Source: Escherichia phage JEP8. Taken from it: a stretch of DNA of 64,000 nucleotides. The stretch lies in sequence record MT764208.1. One strand, 5' to 3'. How positions within the stretch are numbered: the first letter of the stretch is position 1; every line of letters begins with the position of its first letter. Shown piece by piece: positions 17,296 to 26,418 of the stretch. A program made the position numbers and the translations under genes. Under the pieces are notes generated by a model. It searched no databases. It saw only the letters and a list, made by a program, of their open reading frames with translations, and was not told where the DNA came from.

Positions 17296-19119
17296 TTATG
17301 ATTGCATCCACGCTTTTCTGCGATCGGAATCTTCACTATAGAGCAAATCGAATAGCTCTTTATAGTTTTCTGGTAACGTGATGACCTCCATTACAGGATC
17401 GTTGATCACGCGATGATAGTCTGATTCTGTGAGTGATGCCAACCCTTTGATATATCGAATGTTATAGCCTTTGATATTGTCTCGATCGTTCTCGAAATCT
17501 TCTAGGTCATAATACCATCGAACATCGTCACCTTTCTTTGGTTCCGCAATGATAATAGGCGTTTTGATAAACCGGATTCGTCCATCTTCGAACAATTCAG
17601 GCCAACGTGCAAAGAAAGAGATCAGACTAGGCTTAATAGACCCGGTCCCGTCAGTATCAGCGTCTGTCATAATCGCAATATTTTTGTATTGCATAACTTC
17701 CAACGCATCAACACCAAATTGCAAACCAGTGATCGCCATGATGTTAAAAATTTCGGCGTTCTTAACGATCTTTGCCTCCGGTTGTTCCCACGTTGTAAGA
17801 GTTTTGCCTCGCAACGGGAAACCTCCATGTAAATCTTGATCACGTACAGAGATCAGATAGTTGATCGCGGAATCACCTTCCGTCAAAAACAGGGTAGTTT
17901 CTGCGTCAGTTCCAATAAGGTTAGCTTTAACGTGTTTTGCCACCTTAGCCCGTTTCGCTGCCTTTGCTGCCTTAGTCGCTGCCGCTTTATCTGCTGCCTC
18001 TTTGCGTGCCAGGACTACAGCAATAATAGGCATGATAATGTTTTCTTTCTTAGCAATGACTTTAGCCAGCTTTTTAAAATCAAGATCAATATGACGCTTG
18101 ATATCACCAGTTGGATTAGTCAATCGTTCTTTTGTCTGTGAATCAAAACGAAGGTTAGGCAATTCACGAACAATAAGAATACAGGTCAATCCAGACTTAA
18201 CCGCAGCTTTAGTAACATCAACCTTATATTCTTTCTTGATTCGTTTTACAATCTCTTCACAAAGATCATCTGTCACATAATCAACGTGTGTTCCCCCGTT
18301 TTTGGTAAACAGACCATTAGCAAAGGATACTGATTTAAAACCTTCTCCCTCGACCGCAGGAACTAGGGCAAGTGAAAAGTTTTTATCTTCAATGACAAAC
18401 GGGTCATCATTGTATAGTTTAGCATAGTCCTTGAACTTGCTGGTTATCTTTTTGCCATTAAACTTAAACGTGATCTTAGGAAAGATTACACTTAAGGAAT
18501 ACATACGGTCACAAATCACATCTGAAATTTCTTGTGACATGATCATGCCTTCAAAATGATCGAAATCAGGGCAGAATGTAACCTTAGTCCCTTTCAGCTT
18601 TGATGGTTTAGATGACCAACTAATATTTTCAGCACCATTGGTGCATTGTACGGTCAATTCATTCTCACCATCGCATGTCACACCAGTAAACCACGATGAG
18701 AAAAATGATGTGAGCGCGCTTCCTATCCCATTCATCCCCATAGTGACACGATTTGTATCATCAAAGTTAGATCCTGCTTTAGCTCGTGTCCATGCAGCCA
18801 CTGGTTGGGGAATCTGTTTCCCTTCTGGTGTAGTGACTATATGTTGTGGAATGCCGCGACCGTTATCTGTTACCGACACAATGTTATCTTTGATATCTAC
18901 GCTAATAACATTAGCGTATTCAAAATTAGTGCGGATCGCTTCGTCTACCGAGTTGTCGATAATCTCATCAATAATTTTAACTAGACCGGGAACATATGAT
19001 ACTTTGGTCCATTTTCCAAAAAGGAAACGATTATGTGATTCATAAGTCGTTGACCCTATGTACATAGAAGGTCTTTTAAGACAGTGAGCGCGATCATCTA
19101 ACAGCAAAAATTCAGACAT
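17296..19119 (-). CDS. 39: DNA topoisomerase II large subunit gp39 (GyrB-like, fused form, 607 aa)
   Basis: GHKL ATPase signature DEIIDNSVDEA and GRGIP; TOPRIM-like region; synteny. Confidence 0.9.
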   Translation of the reverse strand: MSEFLLLDDRAHCLKRPSMYIGSTTYESHNRFLFGKWTKVSYVPGLVKIIDEIIDNSVDEAIRTNFEYANVISVDIKDNIVSVTDNGRGIPQHIVTTPEGKQIPQPVAAWTRAKAGSNFDDTNRVTMGMNGIGSALTSFFSSWFTGVTCDGENELTVQCTNGAENISWSSKPSKLKGTKVTFCPDFDHFEGMIMSQEISDVICDRMYSLSVIFPKITFKFNGKKITSKFKDYAKLYNDDPFVIEDKNFSLALVPAVEGEGFKSVSFANGLFTKNGGTHVDYVTDDLCEEIVKRIKKEYKVDVTKAAVKSGLTCILIVRELPNLRFDSQTKERLTNPTGDIKRHIDLDFKKLAKVIAKKENIIMPIIAVVLARKEAADKAAATKAAKAAKRAKVAKHVKANLIGTDAETTLFLTEGDSAINYLISVRDQDLHGGFPLRGKTLTTWEQPEAKIVKNAEIFNIMAITGLQFGVDALEVMQYKNIAIMTDADTDGTGSIKPSLISFFARWPELFEDGRIRFIKTPIIIAEPKKGDDVRWYYDLEDFENDRDNIKGYNIRYIKGLASLTESDYHRVINDPVMEVITLPENYKELFDLLYSEDSDRRKAWMQS

Positions 19120-19125
19120 ATTATA

Positions 19126-19869
19126 TCATTCTCCGTCAGTTCGTTTCAGGTATTCCAACGCTGCATATAGTCTTTGCGGATCGTCTTTGAACATTCCTAA
19201 TCCGGCGTTACATTTTCCACAAAGAACACCTCTTATCTTACCAGTCTTATGATTATGGTCAAGATGTTTCCACTTTTGGCGTTTTCTCTCGCCGCATCGT
19301 TCATTTATGAATTTTACACCGCATATCTCGCAATTGTCAACTCTGTCTAAAATTTCTAACGCTTCTCGTTTTGTTATTTTTATACCATCTTCGGCGTGGT
19401 GATATGGTCTATCTAGTTCTCGTTCTCGTTTCTCAAACAATCGACACTCATCAGAACAATACTTTTGAGATGCGTTTATTGCAACAAATGGTTTACCACA
19501 TTTAGCGCATTCTCGTTCAATCTTTATGTTTTGTGCCTGATCCAACGATGCGCAACGAGAACAGCAAAATTTATGATAGCCTCTAGAGTATGTATGATAA
19601 TTTACAGGATTTGGGCATCTTGCACATTTAACTATTCCTGTTATTCCGTGGCGCAATCTATAAACAGCCTCGTTATATGGTTGTTGATTTCTGAGACCTC
19701 CATTACAGAACTTAAACTCATTCCTTATAATCTGAAATTCCGCAGGATACAATTTTTCCATTTCTGGAATTTTATTTTCTTTAAAAAGATTTGAGTTTAG
19801 TCTATTTCCGCTTTTCGCCTCCAGAACATCAACAATAAACTTTTTGATGTTCACTTTTTCTCTCTCCAA
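19126..19869 (-). CDS. putative homing endonuclease: zinc-finger N-terminus plus endonuclease VII-like domain (start TTG/GTG uncertain)
   Basis: Several CxxC pairs; C-terminal HLDHNHKTGKIRGVLCGKCNAGLG matches the endonuclease VII/HNH motif. Confidence 0.6.
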   Translation of the reverse strand: MEREKVNIKKFIVDVLEAKSGNRLNSNLFKENKIPEMEKLYPAEFQIIRNEFKFCNGGLRNQQPYNEAVYRLRHGITGIVKCARCPNPVNYHTYSRGYHKFCCSRCASLDQAQNIKIERECAKCGKPFVAINASQKYCSDECRLFEKRERELDRPYHHAEDGIKITKREALEILDRVDNCEICGVKFINERCGERKRQKWKHLDHNHKTGKIRGVLCGKCNAGLGMFKDDPQRLYAALEYLKRTDGE

Positions 19870-19957
19870 TACATAACATAACCATAACTTACTGCAACCG
19901 CCACAAAGACGGCTGCAACAATCATATTAAAAATTGAGTGATTGTCAAGTATATGAT

Positions 19958-20131
19958 TCATGACACGCGCACATTTTTATCGTAATACCCGCCATTAATC
20001 CCGCGCGGGGCAGTTAATCCCTGTTTGCATTCTTTACCACATTCAGGGCATTCTGCCTTTTCACGCTCGGAAATTTTGCGGATTTTCTGAAATTGACCGT
20101 GTTCTTCACAAGAATAATCATATAATGGCAT
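19958..20131 (-). CDS. FmdB-like zinc-ribbon protein (57 aa)
   Basis: MPLYDYSCEEHG..CPECGK; AAGGGGGA Shine-Dalgarno before the internal ATG. Confidence 0.5.
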   Translation of the reverse strand: MPLYDYSCEEHGQFQKIRKISEREKAECPECGKECKQGLTAPRGINGGYYDKNVRVS

Positions 20132-20132
20132 A

Positions 20133-20801
20133 TTATCCCCTTTGTTTCTTAACTGAATTTGGATCTGGATTTTCTGGCAAGTCTTCCAGACCCATAGCAT
20201 AACGTTGTGCATAGATTAGCATAAGAATATCGCGAGCGCAATCATGAATCGCATCATGGGCGATAAACCCATCTAGCGTACCCATTGGTAACGGACACTC
20301 ACACATCCCGCGATGCATCAATGTACGCTCAATGGCGGTACGAACATCTCGGATGTTCCAGAATCGCACAGGTTCAAGATTGAACGTCTCTCGTGTATTG
20401 TGTGCACGGCGGATCATATCAACTAGTAACGGAATATCAAACGCATTACCGCGTGACCACATTACTGATTTAACCGGATCTACTCCTACGGATTCACAGA
20501 ATGCGTTAAAACGCGCTAAACCTTCTTTAGTTGATACTTCCGTACCATTTGTGATTAATTGCTTTCTCATGCCTTCTGAGGCGGTATTCTTCCACCATTC
20601 AACCACACCATGATCAAACACTCTTACACCTTTCTGGGAAGGAATATCAAATTTTACCAGAAAGGAATTGTCAACCAGTTCTTTAAATGTAGGTGGGTTG
20701 TGCGGATCTTCTTTAAATCCGATTGCCGCCATATTGATAACCGCCCCATCAGGCGGATAACCTAAACTTTCAAAGTCAATCATTAAATCCACTGGAAGCA
20801 T
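20133..20801 (-). CDS. dexA: exonuclease A DexA
   Basis: IDFE, FD..SQKG.R.F, EWWKN, DIPLLVD, FKLEP.RFWN.RD, CPLP.GTLDGF.AHD.IHDCA.DI.M..YA.RYAMGLED match recalled T4 DexA. Confidence 0.85.
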   Translation of the reverse strand: MLPVDLMIDFESLGYPPDGAVINMAAIGFKEDPHNPPTFKELVDNSFLVKFDIPSQKGVRVFDHGVVEWWKNTASEGMRKQLITNGTEVSTKEGLARFNAFCESVGVDPVKSVMWSRGNAFDIPLLVDMIRRAHNTRETFNLEPVRFWNIRDVRTAIERTLMHRGMCECPLPMGTLDGFIAHDAIHDCARDILMLIYAQRYAMGLEDLPENPDPNSVKKQRG

Positions 20802-20802
20802 T

Positions 20803-21045
20803 TTAAATATCCTCCGCGATATGCCGGAACAACTCCAGATCGTTTTTATCCAGAATGAAACCGCTACAATCAATAATCCCGTTACCGTAATTATCGGTTA
20901 ACAGTCGTTCCGTTGCCATGTATGCGCGTACTTTGTTGTTAAAATTCATTACATGTTGTGCATAGTCACAATGAATCTTTTGACGGTTCCAAGCGACAAT
21001 TGATTGTAGATGTATTACATTAGCCACATTATTAATAACAACCAT
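20803..21045 (-). CDS. hypothetical protein (80 aa)
   Basis: GAGGT Shine-Dalgarno. Confidence 0.5.
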   Translation of the reverse strand: MVVINNVANVIHLQSIVAWNRQKIHCDYAQHVMNFNNKVRAYMATERLLTDNYGNGIIDCSGFILDKNDLELFRHIAEDI

Positions 21046-21046
21046 A

Positions 21047-21214
21047 TCAAAAACCTCGCTTAGTGAAATATTCGATCATTTTATTGATACATTCAGCTTC
21101 ACTGTCGCCGGACACGTTCCATCCATAATAACCCCAACAAAAACACATGGTAACAGTTCCATTGTGACGGCGTACCGTCACTTCGTCAAATTCGGGGATA
21201 TTTCGCATAATCAT
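21047..21214 (-). CDS. small Cys-containing hypothetical protein (55 aa)
   Basis: GAGGA Shine-Dalgarno 8 nt before ATG; not in ORF track (<60 aa). Confidence 0.4.
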   Translation of the reverse strand: MIMRNIPEFDEVTVRRHNGTVTMCFCWGYYGWNVSGDSEAECINKMIEYFTKRGF

Positions 21215-21224
21215 AATAGTTTCC

Positions 21225-22616
21225 TCAAATATAGTCTACCCGATAACGTGCACGGGTAACACCCACATATAATAACTGCATTGCCAGTTCAAAGTCAACA
21301 TTATCTGTACACATGCAAGGAGTATACAGGAACACGCGGTCTACGCTGATCCCTTGTGACTTATGAATAGTGCAAGCTGGTAATGCTTTTACATTCAGGA
21401 ACATACGTTTCATCGTCCAGAAAGAATCCCAATCTGGTTTAAAGTTTGGATTCTCTTTCTTCATTTCGCGATATTGTCCGGCGACCGTATTCAGGTAGAT
21501 AGAGAAAATGTTCTTCTGTCGTTGTTCTGTCAGAATATTGATTTCTACTAAATCCGGTTTGTCGGTAGTGATTCCGACTGCATCTAAACCAACTTTCTGA
21601 TTCAGGATCTCTTTGACTTCGTCATTATCTACGCTTTCCACTTTAAGAGTATACCCTAAAACTGGTTGCGGATCTACCCCCGTGCAACGTAATGTAAATT
21701 CGCGCGGTATAACCTCTTTAACTCGGATCATCTCACCGTTGTTAAAAATCACATTAGGAATCTTCTTCCCGCGTTCATCTCGCAGATATTCGATCAACGG
21801 TTCCTGAGTAACCAGAATTTCATCTACAATGACCGGATCTTCTGTATTGTAAATGCGCTTACGCACAATTTCATTGAGTTTTTCGACACTCTTATTAGTG
21901 TAAGCCAGAATACGGTTTTCTAACAGGTCTTCCGGCGTTTTAACTGCTTCAAAATAACGAGTCATAAACTCCGGCAGAGTTGAGCTATGGAATACACCCT
22001 CGTTACCGCACTGCTTTTCGAATACCCATTTACCGTTACGGACAGCGGTCGCCACATCAATTATTGGTGCATTAGATCGTTTAATCTCTGTAAGTTCTAC
22101 ATTATGAAACCTTTCATCGGTGAAGAAAGGAGAGATCGACGTTGCACCGCTCGGATCAACTGGTCGTAACTGGTACAGATCACCCACGGCAATAATAACA
22201 ATTCGACCGTTGATACTCTTCATGAGAATATCAAATAGTTTCTTATCGACCATACTCGCTTCATCAACAATGATGATCTGAACATCATCTAGCTTAGGAG
22301 TATCTTTTTGCTCAAATACTTGAGTATCTTCATAGTTGGTCGGGTTTAGTCGCAGTAGTGCATGTAAAGTAAATGCTTGACGACCTACCGCTTTACTCAA
22401 AACTTTTTTAGCCTGGTGGGTAGGCGTTGCCAAAACCACACCAGTTACACCACGGCGGACCATTTCCTGAACAATGAATTTCATCATTGCGGTTTTACCA
22501 GTACCCGCCGCACCACGGACAGTTGTATGCTTCTTTTGTTCAATGCGTTTCATTAGAACATCAAAAGCATGTTTTTGCCCGTCTGTTAACATATCGAAAG
22601 TTAATACTCTGCTCAT
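21225..22616 (-). CDS. dda: Dda DNA helicase (SF1)
   Basis: DGQK.AF..VMK, GAAGTGKT, ATPTHQAKK.LSK, SPFFT, ELTE.KRSNAPIIDVAT.VRNGKW, LYVGVTR blocks match recalled T4 Dda. Confidence 0.9.
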   Translation of the reverse strand: MSRVLTFDMLTDGQKHAFDVLMKRIEQKKHTTVRGAAGTGKTAMMKFIVQEMVRRGVTGVVLATPTHQAKKVLSKAVGRQAFTLHALLRLNPTNYEDTQVFEQKDTPKLDDVQIIIVDEASMVDKKLFDILMKSINGRIVIIAVGDLYQLRPVDPSGATSISPFFTDERFHNVELTEIKRSNAPIIDVATAVRNGKWVFEKQCGNEGVFHSSTLPEFMTRYFEAVKTPEDLLENRILAYTNKSVEKLNEIVRKRIYNTEDPVIVDEILVTQEPLIEYLRDERGKKIPNVIFNNGEMIRVKEVIPREFTLRCTGVDPQPVLGYTLKVESVDNDEVKEILNQKVGLDAVGITTDKPDLVEINILTEQRQKNIFSIYLNTVAGQYREMKKENPNFKPDWDSFWTMKRMFLNVKALPACTIHKSQGISVDRVFLYTPCMCTDNVDFELAMQLLYVGVTRARYRVDYI

Positions 22617-22930
22617 TATCCTAAAATCCTCACCTTGCGAACACAGATAGTATTGAGTTCTCGCCGTACCCGTTCTTTTTCATATTCAGGAATTTTATAT
22701 TCGATACCATCCCGAACAATTTCAGAAGACCGGATTATGCCAAATTTTCGTTTAGGTACAACCTTGTATTTCGGTTCACCCGCCAATAGACTCTCACAAT
22801 AATCTATCTGATCACACATTGACGCTAACGCAGCATCATGTGTTTCGCAAGTTAGGACGCGACCCTTCGCGTCCACTGAGTATTGAAAGAATCCGTCTTT
22901 ATCACGATAACATACAGCAAATACATGCAT
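22616..22930 (-). CDS. hypothetical protein (104 aa)
   Basis: Overlaps dda start; AAGGTAGG Shine-Dalgarno. Confidence 0.5.
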   Translation of the reverse strand: MHVFAVCYRDKDGFFQYSVDAKGRVLTCETHDAALASMCDQIDYCESLLAGEPKYKVVPKRKFGIIRSSEIVRDGIEYKIPEYEKERVRRELNTICVRKVRILG

Positions 22931-23685
22931 TATAAACCTACCTTCGCTTTCATCAATTCAATCCACGACGCATCAATCGGAAGCCCGTATTTCACGCGTT
23001 CTTTTTGTGCTGGCGTTAAGTTCTCATACTTAGAAAGAGATTCAATCAAAACGCTGGTATATTTTAGCACGATTTCGGTATTGTTTGCAATAGCCTTAAG
23101 TTTTTCTTCTTTCTTGTTGATTTCGCTAAGGGCTTGCTTGAGATCTGCAATTTTCTGATAACGTTCTTCCATACGGAAGAGAGTATTTTTAATCGCTCGC
23201 TCGGCTGCCTCTGCTTTCTCCGGTTCGTTGTGCTTTTTATGGCGCTCGATTGCTAATTTCTTTTCTTCGATTGCCATTTCCTGATTTTTGATGCGATTCT
23301 CGTTAAGTTCGATCCACTCGATGTACTTCGCACGTAGGGCAATTTCATCATCAGAAAGTTTACCGTTAGTTCCTAGTTCCTGGATCTCTTTAAGAGATTC
23401 GATAGTGTGATTGCCACGGAAAGAATTGTATTTCAGTTTAACCGGAATTACATTGCCATCAACATATCCCAGATTGCAATCAATGCGCTCTAAGGAGAGT
23501 CCATCATCACCTTCACCGAAAGCCTCACCGGAATAGGCGCAATGAGTCTGACGGTAAATGTTACGCACAGTGACTAAGCTCATAGAGAAGTCTTTGTTGC
23601 GACGTGAAGCACCAGCCATGATAGAGTTCAGCCGGAAAACAACCAGCGCCAATTCTTCGTTAGATTTAAAAGCAAACAGTTTCAT
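22930..23685 (-). CDS. hypothetical protein (251 aa), C-terminal coiled coil; positional counterpart of T4 srd (not sequence-verified)
   Basis: ORF track; Shine-Dalgarno present; heptad-rich charged C-terminal half. Confidence 0.5.
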   Translation of the reverse strand: MKLFAFKSNEELALVVFRLNSIMAGASRRNKDFSMSLVTVRNIYRQTHCAYSGEAFGEGDDGLSLERIDCNLGYVDGNVIPVKLKYNSFRGNHTIESLKEIQELGTNGKLSDDEIALRAKYIEWIELNENRIKNQEMAIEEKKLAIERHKKHNEPEKAEAAERAIKNTLFRMEERYQKIADLKQALSEINKKEEKLKAIANNTEIVLKYTSVLIESLSKYENLTPAQKERVKYGLPIDASWIELMKAKVGL

Positions 23686-23713
23686 AATTGATTCTCCTTA
23701 GTTGGTATGTGTG

Positions 23714-23743
23714 TATTATTGTCTATCTGGTTTGTGCTGTCAA
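23714..23743 (-). promoter_or_regulatory. sigma70-like early promoter (-35 TTGACA, -10 ATAATA-like)
   Basis: TGTGTATTAT -10 region class. Confidence 0.4.
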
Positions 23744-23746
23744 CAC

Positions 23747-24250
23747 TTAAATTAAAGAAAATTTGTAAATCTCTATCAGATCGCCATTACACGCGTAAAC
23801 TTCCTCGATCTCATCAAGGATCATGGTCGTCCCTGTCTTGTATATGCACTCGCGCTCATCTGCCAACATAGCATACAAAGACAGTCGAGTAGTCGGATTG
23901 TCATACTCTTTAGACACCACTCGGTCAATAGCATGTTCGTAATAATTCATGCAAGGCTTGGTAGGTTTTATTGCAATAATCTTTCCTGTTGCATAAACAT
24001 CGGTTGCAAAGTCCTCTGCTGTTGATTGCAGTGGCGTAAAGCTCATAGGACGCTCTACAACGAAAGAATCGCCTACAATTAAGGTATCCAGCTTACGGCC
24101 TTCTCTTTTGCTCACACCGCGATACAAGGCTTCATGATGCACTAACCGCTCAGTCTTTTCAATCAATCCATTAAGGATCGACATATCGATATTTTCTTTA
24201 GAGTTCATCACCTCATCAATGATGTTAAGTTCTTCTGGTGTAAATTGCAT
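23747..24250 (-). CDS. putative ADP-ribosyltransferase (ModA/ModB/Alt-like), tentative
   Basis: Ordered YRG ... SFT ... ERE triad resembling the R-S-E ART motif; position after gp56 as in T4 mod genes. Confidence 0.4.
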   Translation of the reverse strand: MQFTPEELNIIDEVMNSKENIDMSILNGLIEKTERLVHHEALYRGVSKREGRKLDTLIVGDSFVVERPMSFTPLQSTAEDFATDVYATGKIIAIKPTKPCMNYYEHAIDRVVSKEYDNPTTRLSLYAMLADERECIYKTGTTMILDEIEEVYACNGDLIEIYKFSLI

Positions 24251-24259
24251 AATAAAAAA

Positions 24260-24283
24260 GCCTCCAATCTTTCGACGGGAGGC
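24260..24283 (-). other. RNA hairpin GCCTCC..GGGAGGC whose 3-prime arm contains the Shine-Dalgarno of the downstream ORF, followed by T-run
   Basis: 6 bp stem; sits between the promoter -10 and the ATG at 24250. Confidence 0.4.
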
Positions 24284-24312
24284 ATAATAAAACCATGATA
24301 GAGTAGTGTCAA
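24284..24312 (-). promoter_or_regulatory. sigma70-like early promoter (-35 TTGACA, -10 TATTAT)
   Basis: 17 nt spacer. Confidence 0.45.
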
Positions 24313-24319
24313 CTAATTT

Positions 24320-24838
24320 TTAGTAGCCGCGTTCTTGACGGGCGAAGTTTTCAGCATTTTTCAGATAGTACAGAATAAAGAGTTCTTGAGCGTCAATACC
24401 CAGCGGGATCATCTTTGACAGAATGAAGTGGATCGCGTCCACAAATTCAAATTTCACTTCAAGCTGATCTTCTGGTGACAGTTCAGAGAATTTACGCGCT
24501 CGCGCTTCCCCGTGGTTCTTTTTCCACATTTTCCAGATTGCACTTGCATCTTTACCATTGGACATTCCACCCAGCGATGTGTAAAGCTCTCGTGTTTCGT
24601 CTGCGATAGCGTCATCCATCCGTTGCATCCAATCCAGCATTTCACCGCAAGTCTCTAGCTTAGTTGGATTTGGGACCCAATCAAATTTTTCGGATAATGC
24701 AACCTGTAAACCAGTTTGCATTTCGAGCATCACCTGAAACGGATCTTTACCTTCTGCAATCGCGTGATGATATGCGGCGATAGCCGCGTCAATATTTTTT
24801 TCGTTAACCAGACCAGCACAAGAATTAAATTCTGACAT
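24320..24838 (-). CDS. 56: dCTPase gp56
   Basis: DPLQVML.MQ, PDKLET.G, FRELLTSLG.MS, ASA.WKKW, MSPEDQLE.KFE.VD.FHF, YYLKN.ENFARQ.RGY match recalled T4 gp56. Confidence 0.85.
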   Translation of the reverse strand: MSEFNSCAGLVNEKNIDAAIAAYHHAIAEGKDPFQVMLEMQTGLQVALSEKFDWVPNPTKLETCGEMLDWMQRMDDAIADETRELYTSLGGMSNGKDASAIWKMWKKNHGEARARKFSELSPEDQLEVKFEFVDAIHFILSKMIPLGIDAQELFILYYLKNAENFARQERGY

Positions 24839-24852
24839 ATTCACCTCATTAA

Positions 24853-25881
24853 TTAAAATTTACAATATTTCATAAACCGCATTTTAGCCATCAGACCTTG
24901 TACGGTGTTCTCTTTGATATATTCCATGATCTGGTCGCGTGTAGCGCCCTCGTCCTGAATCATGGCGTTAACGTCTTTAGAATGCCACGGACAACGATCC
25001 CACAAAACAATCTTTTCCCCTGCATTGATAAACTTTTCCAGTCGGTGCATTGTATCGGCAGACCGTGGTTCCGCATCAAGTACAAACACTCGCTGGTCTG
25101 GGAAAGGGATTTCATCTAATCCCAAAGTACCGCCAGTAATTGCACACCCGTTATCAATAAACAATGAATCGATCGGACCTTCTAAGAAATACACTGGTTT
25201 ACTCGGATCGGCGCGTTCAAGACCATAGACCTTACTCGCTAACTCATGAGTTTTAATCGTCATATATTTGGTCTTTCCGTAATCCTTTCTCAATGCTCGC
25301 CCCTGAATGGATTCTATCTTGTTCTCGCGGTTAAAGATAGGAATCACTAAACGCGGTTCCGGTTGTGGATTCTTGAAAGTATCAGCCTTAATGTGATTTG
25401 CTACCTTTTGCCATTCTCTCGTGAAATACAGAAGATCCCATTTATCGTGAGGAATACAGCGATCACTGACATACTTTATTATAGGATGATTAGCCGGAAG
25501 AGTATCTAACCTCTCGCAGAAAGGCAATGTTTGCACTTTCTTAATCTCCGGCTTTTCTACCTTTTTCAGTGGCTTGAACGTGGTGTTCTTGTGGTCGCCT
25601 TGTTCCTTCCGTCGTTCCATAAGCCATTCCCTGAATAGGTCCGGCTTATACTGTTTGAGAAATTCACCCAACGGCTGATTGTAGTTACAGTTGAAACATC
25701 CGGCTCGCAAACTATCCTTATAGGTATAGATACGGAATCGCGCTTGAGTATGATTTTTCTTTGAGTCACCGCAGATCGGACAACTACAGACCAGCGTAAA
25801 TGAGCTAGTATGCAACCGTTTAAAATTTCGTTCGCCGTATATGGCTTTTTCCGCTATTTCATAATCTGCGTAGTAAATCAT
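24853..25881 (-). CDS. 61: DNA primase gp61
   Basis: 342 aa as in T4; N-terminal zinc finger CSCPICGDS...CFNCNY; synteny between gp56 and gp41. Confidence 0.85.
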   Translation of the reverse strand: MIYYADYEIAEKAIYGERNFKRLHTSSFTLVCSCPICGDSKKNHTQARFRIYTYKDSLRAGCFNCNYNQPLGEFLKQYKPDLFREWLMERRKEQGDHKNTTFKPLKKVEKPEIKKVQTLPFCERLDTLPANHPIIKYVSDRCIPHDKWDLLYFTREWQKVANHIKADTFKNPQPEPRLVIPIFNRENKIESIQGRALRKDYGKTKYMTIKTHELASKVYGLERADPSKPVYFLEGPIDSLFIDNGCAITGGTLGLDEIPFPDQRVFVLDAEPRSADTMHRLEKFINAGEKIVLWDRCPWHSKDVNAMIQDEGATRDQIMEYIKENTVQGLMAKMRFMKYCKF

Positions 25882-25890
25882 ATTAACCTC

Positions 25891-26094
25891 TTATAGCTCA
25901 AATTTCATGAAAGTTCCCACACTTTCATTTTCATTCTCTCCGTTTTCATCTAAGCCAAATTTGTAGACACTACCATCTGGCGATGTGTAAGAGAATACAC
26001 GAAAACGGCCTACCGAATCAAGTTCTGCAAATTCATATTCTTTTCCGGCTTCAAAAAGTGCATATGTGCTTTTAAGACATTTCATCGTAATCAT
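25891..26094 (-). CDS. hypothetical protein (67 aa)
   Basis: ATG overlaps upstream stop (ATGA). Confidence 0.5.
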   Translation of the reverse strand: MITMKCLKSTYALFEAGKEYEFAELDSVGRFRVFSYTSPDGSVYKFGLDENGENENESVGTFMKFEL

Positions 26095-26249
26095 TTAAGC
26101 GCCACCGACAACAGAATGAGAACTACACCAACATACATTGTGATCTCGGATAACTTTTCTGTTTTTGTTTTGTGTCCAGATAATCCGAAAACAACAACAC
26201 CGACAATAGCGGACAGCAAGCCAACGATAAACATGATGATACTAAGCAC
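26091..26249 (-). CDS. small membrane protein (about 52 aa, GTG start)
   Basis: AAGGAG 6-7 nt before GTG; two hydrophobic segments; stop overlaps next ATG. Confidence 0.4.
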   Translation of the reverse strand: MLSIIMFIVGLLSAIVGVVVFGLSGHKTKTEKLSEITMYVGVVLILLSVALK

Positions 26250-26418
26250 CGTCTTTCTCCTTTTTGCGTTTTTCTTTACCCGCTACACTAGGTCCACGAT
26301 TGGTAATAGATCCGCTCGTTTCACCTGCTGCGATCTTCTCAGGATTGCCGCCAGCATCGCCAGCGGTCATATCTTCTTTGAGTTTATTTTCTTCAACAAA
26401 CTGTTTAAATCCAATCAT
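26242..26418 (-). CDS. small Gly-rich basic protein (58 aa)
   Basis: ATG overlaps stop of 26415-26792 (ATGA). Confidence 0.4.
   Translation of the reverse strand: MIGFKQFVEENKLKEDMTAGDAGGNPEKIAAGETSGSITNRGPSVAGKEKRKKEKDGA

Noticed and set aside
22930-23685. Calling the 251 aa protein Srd or an HNH nuclease
   Set aside because: I cannot recall the Srd sequence to verify, and the Cys/Asp-rich N-terminal segment lacks the HNH histidines; left as hypothetical.
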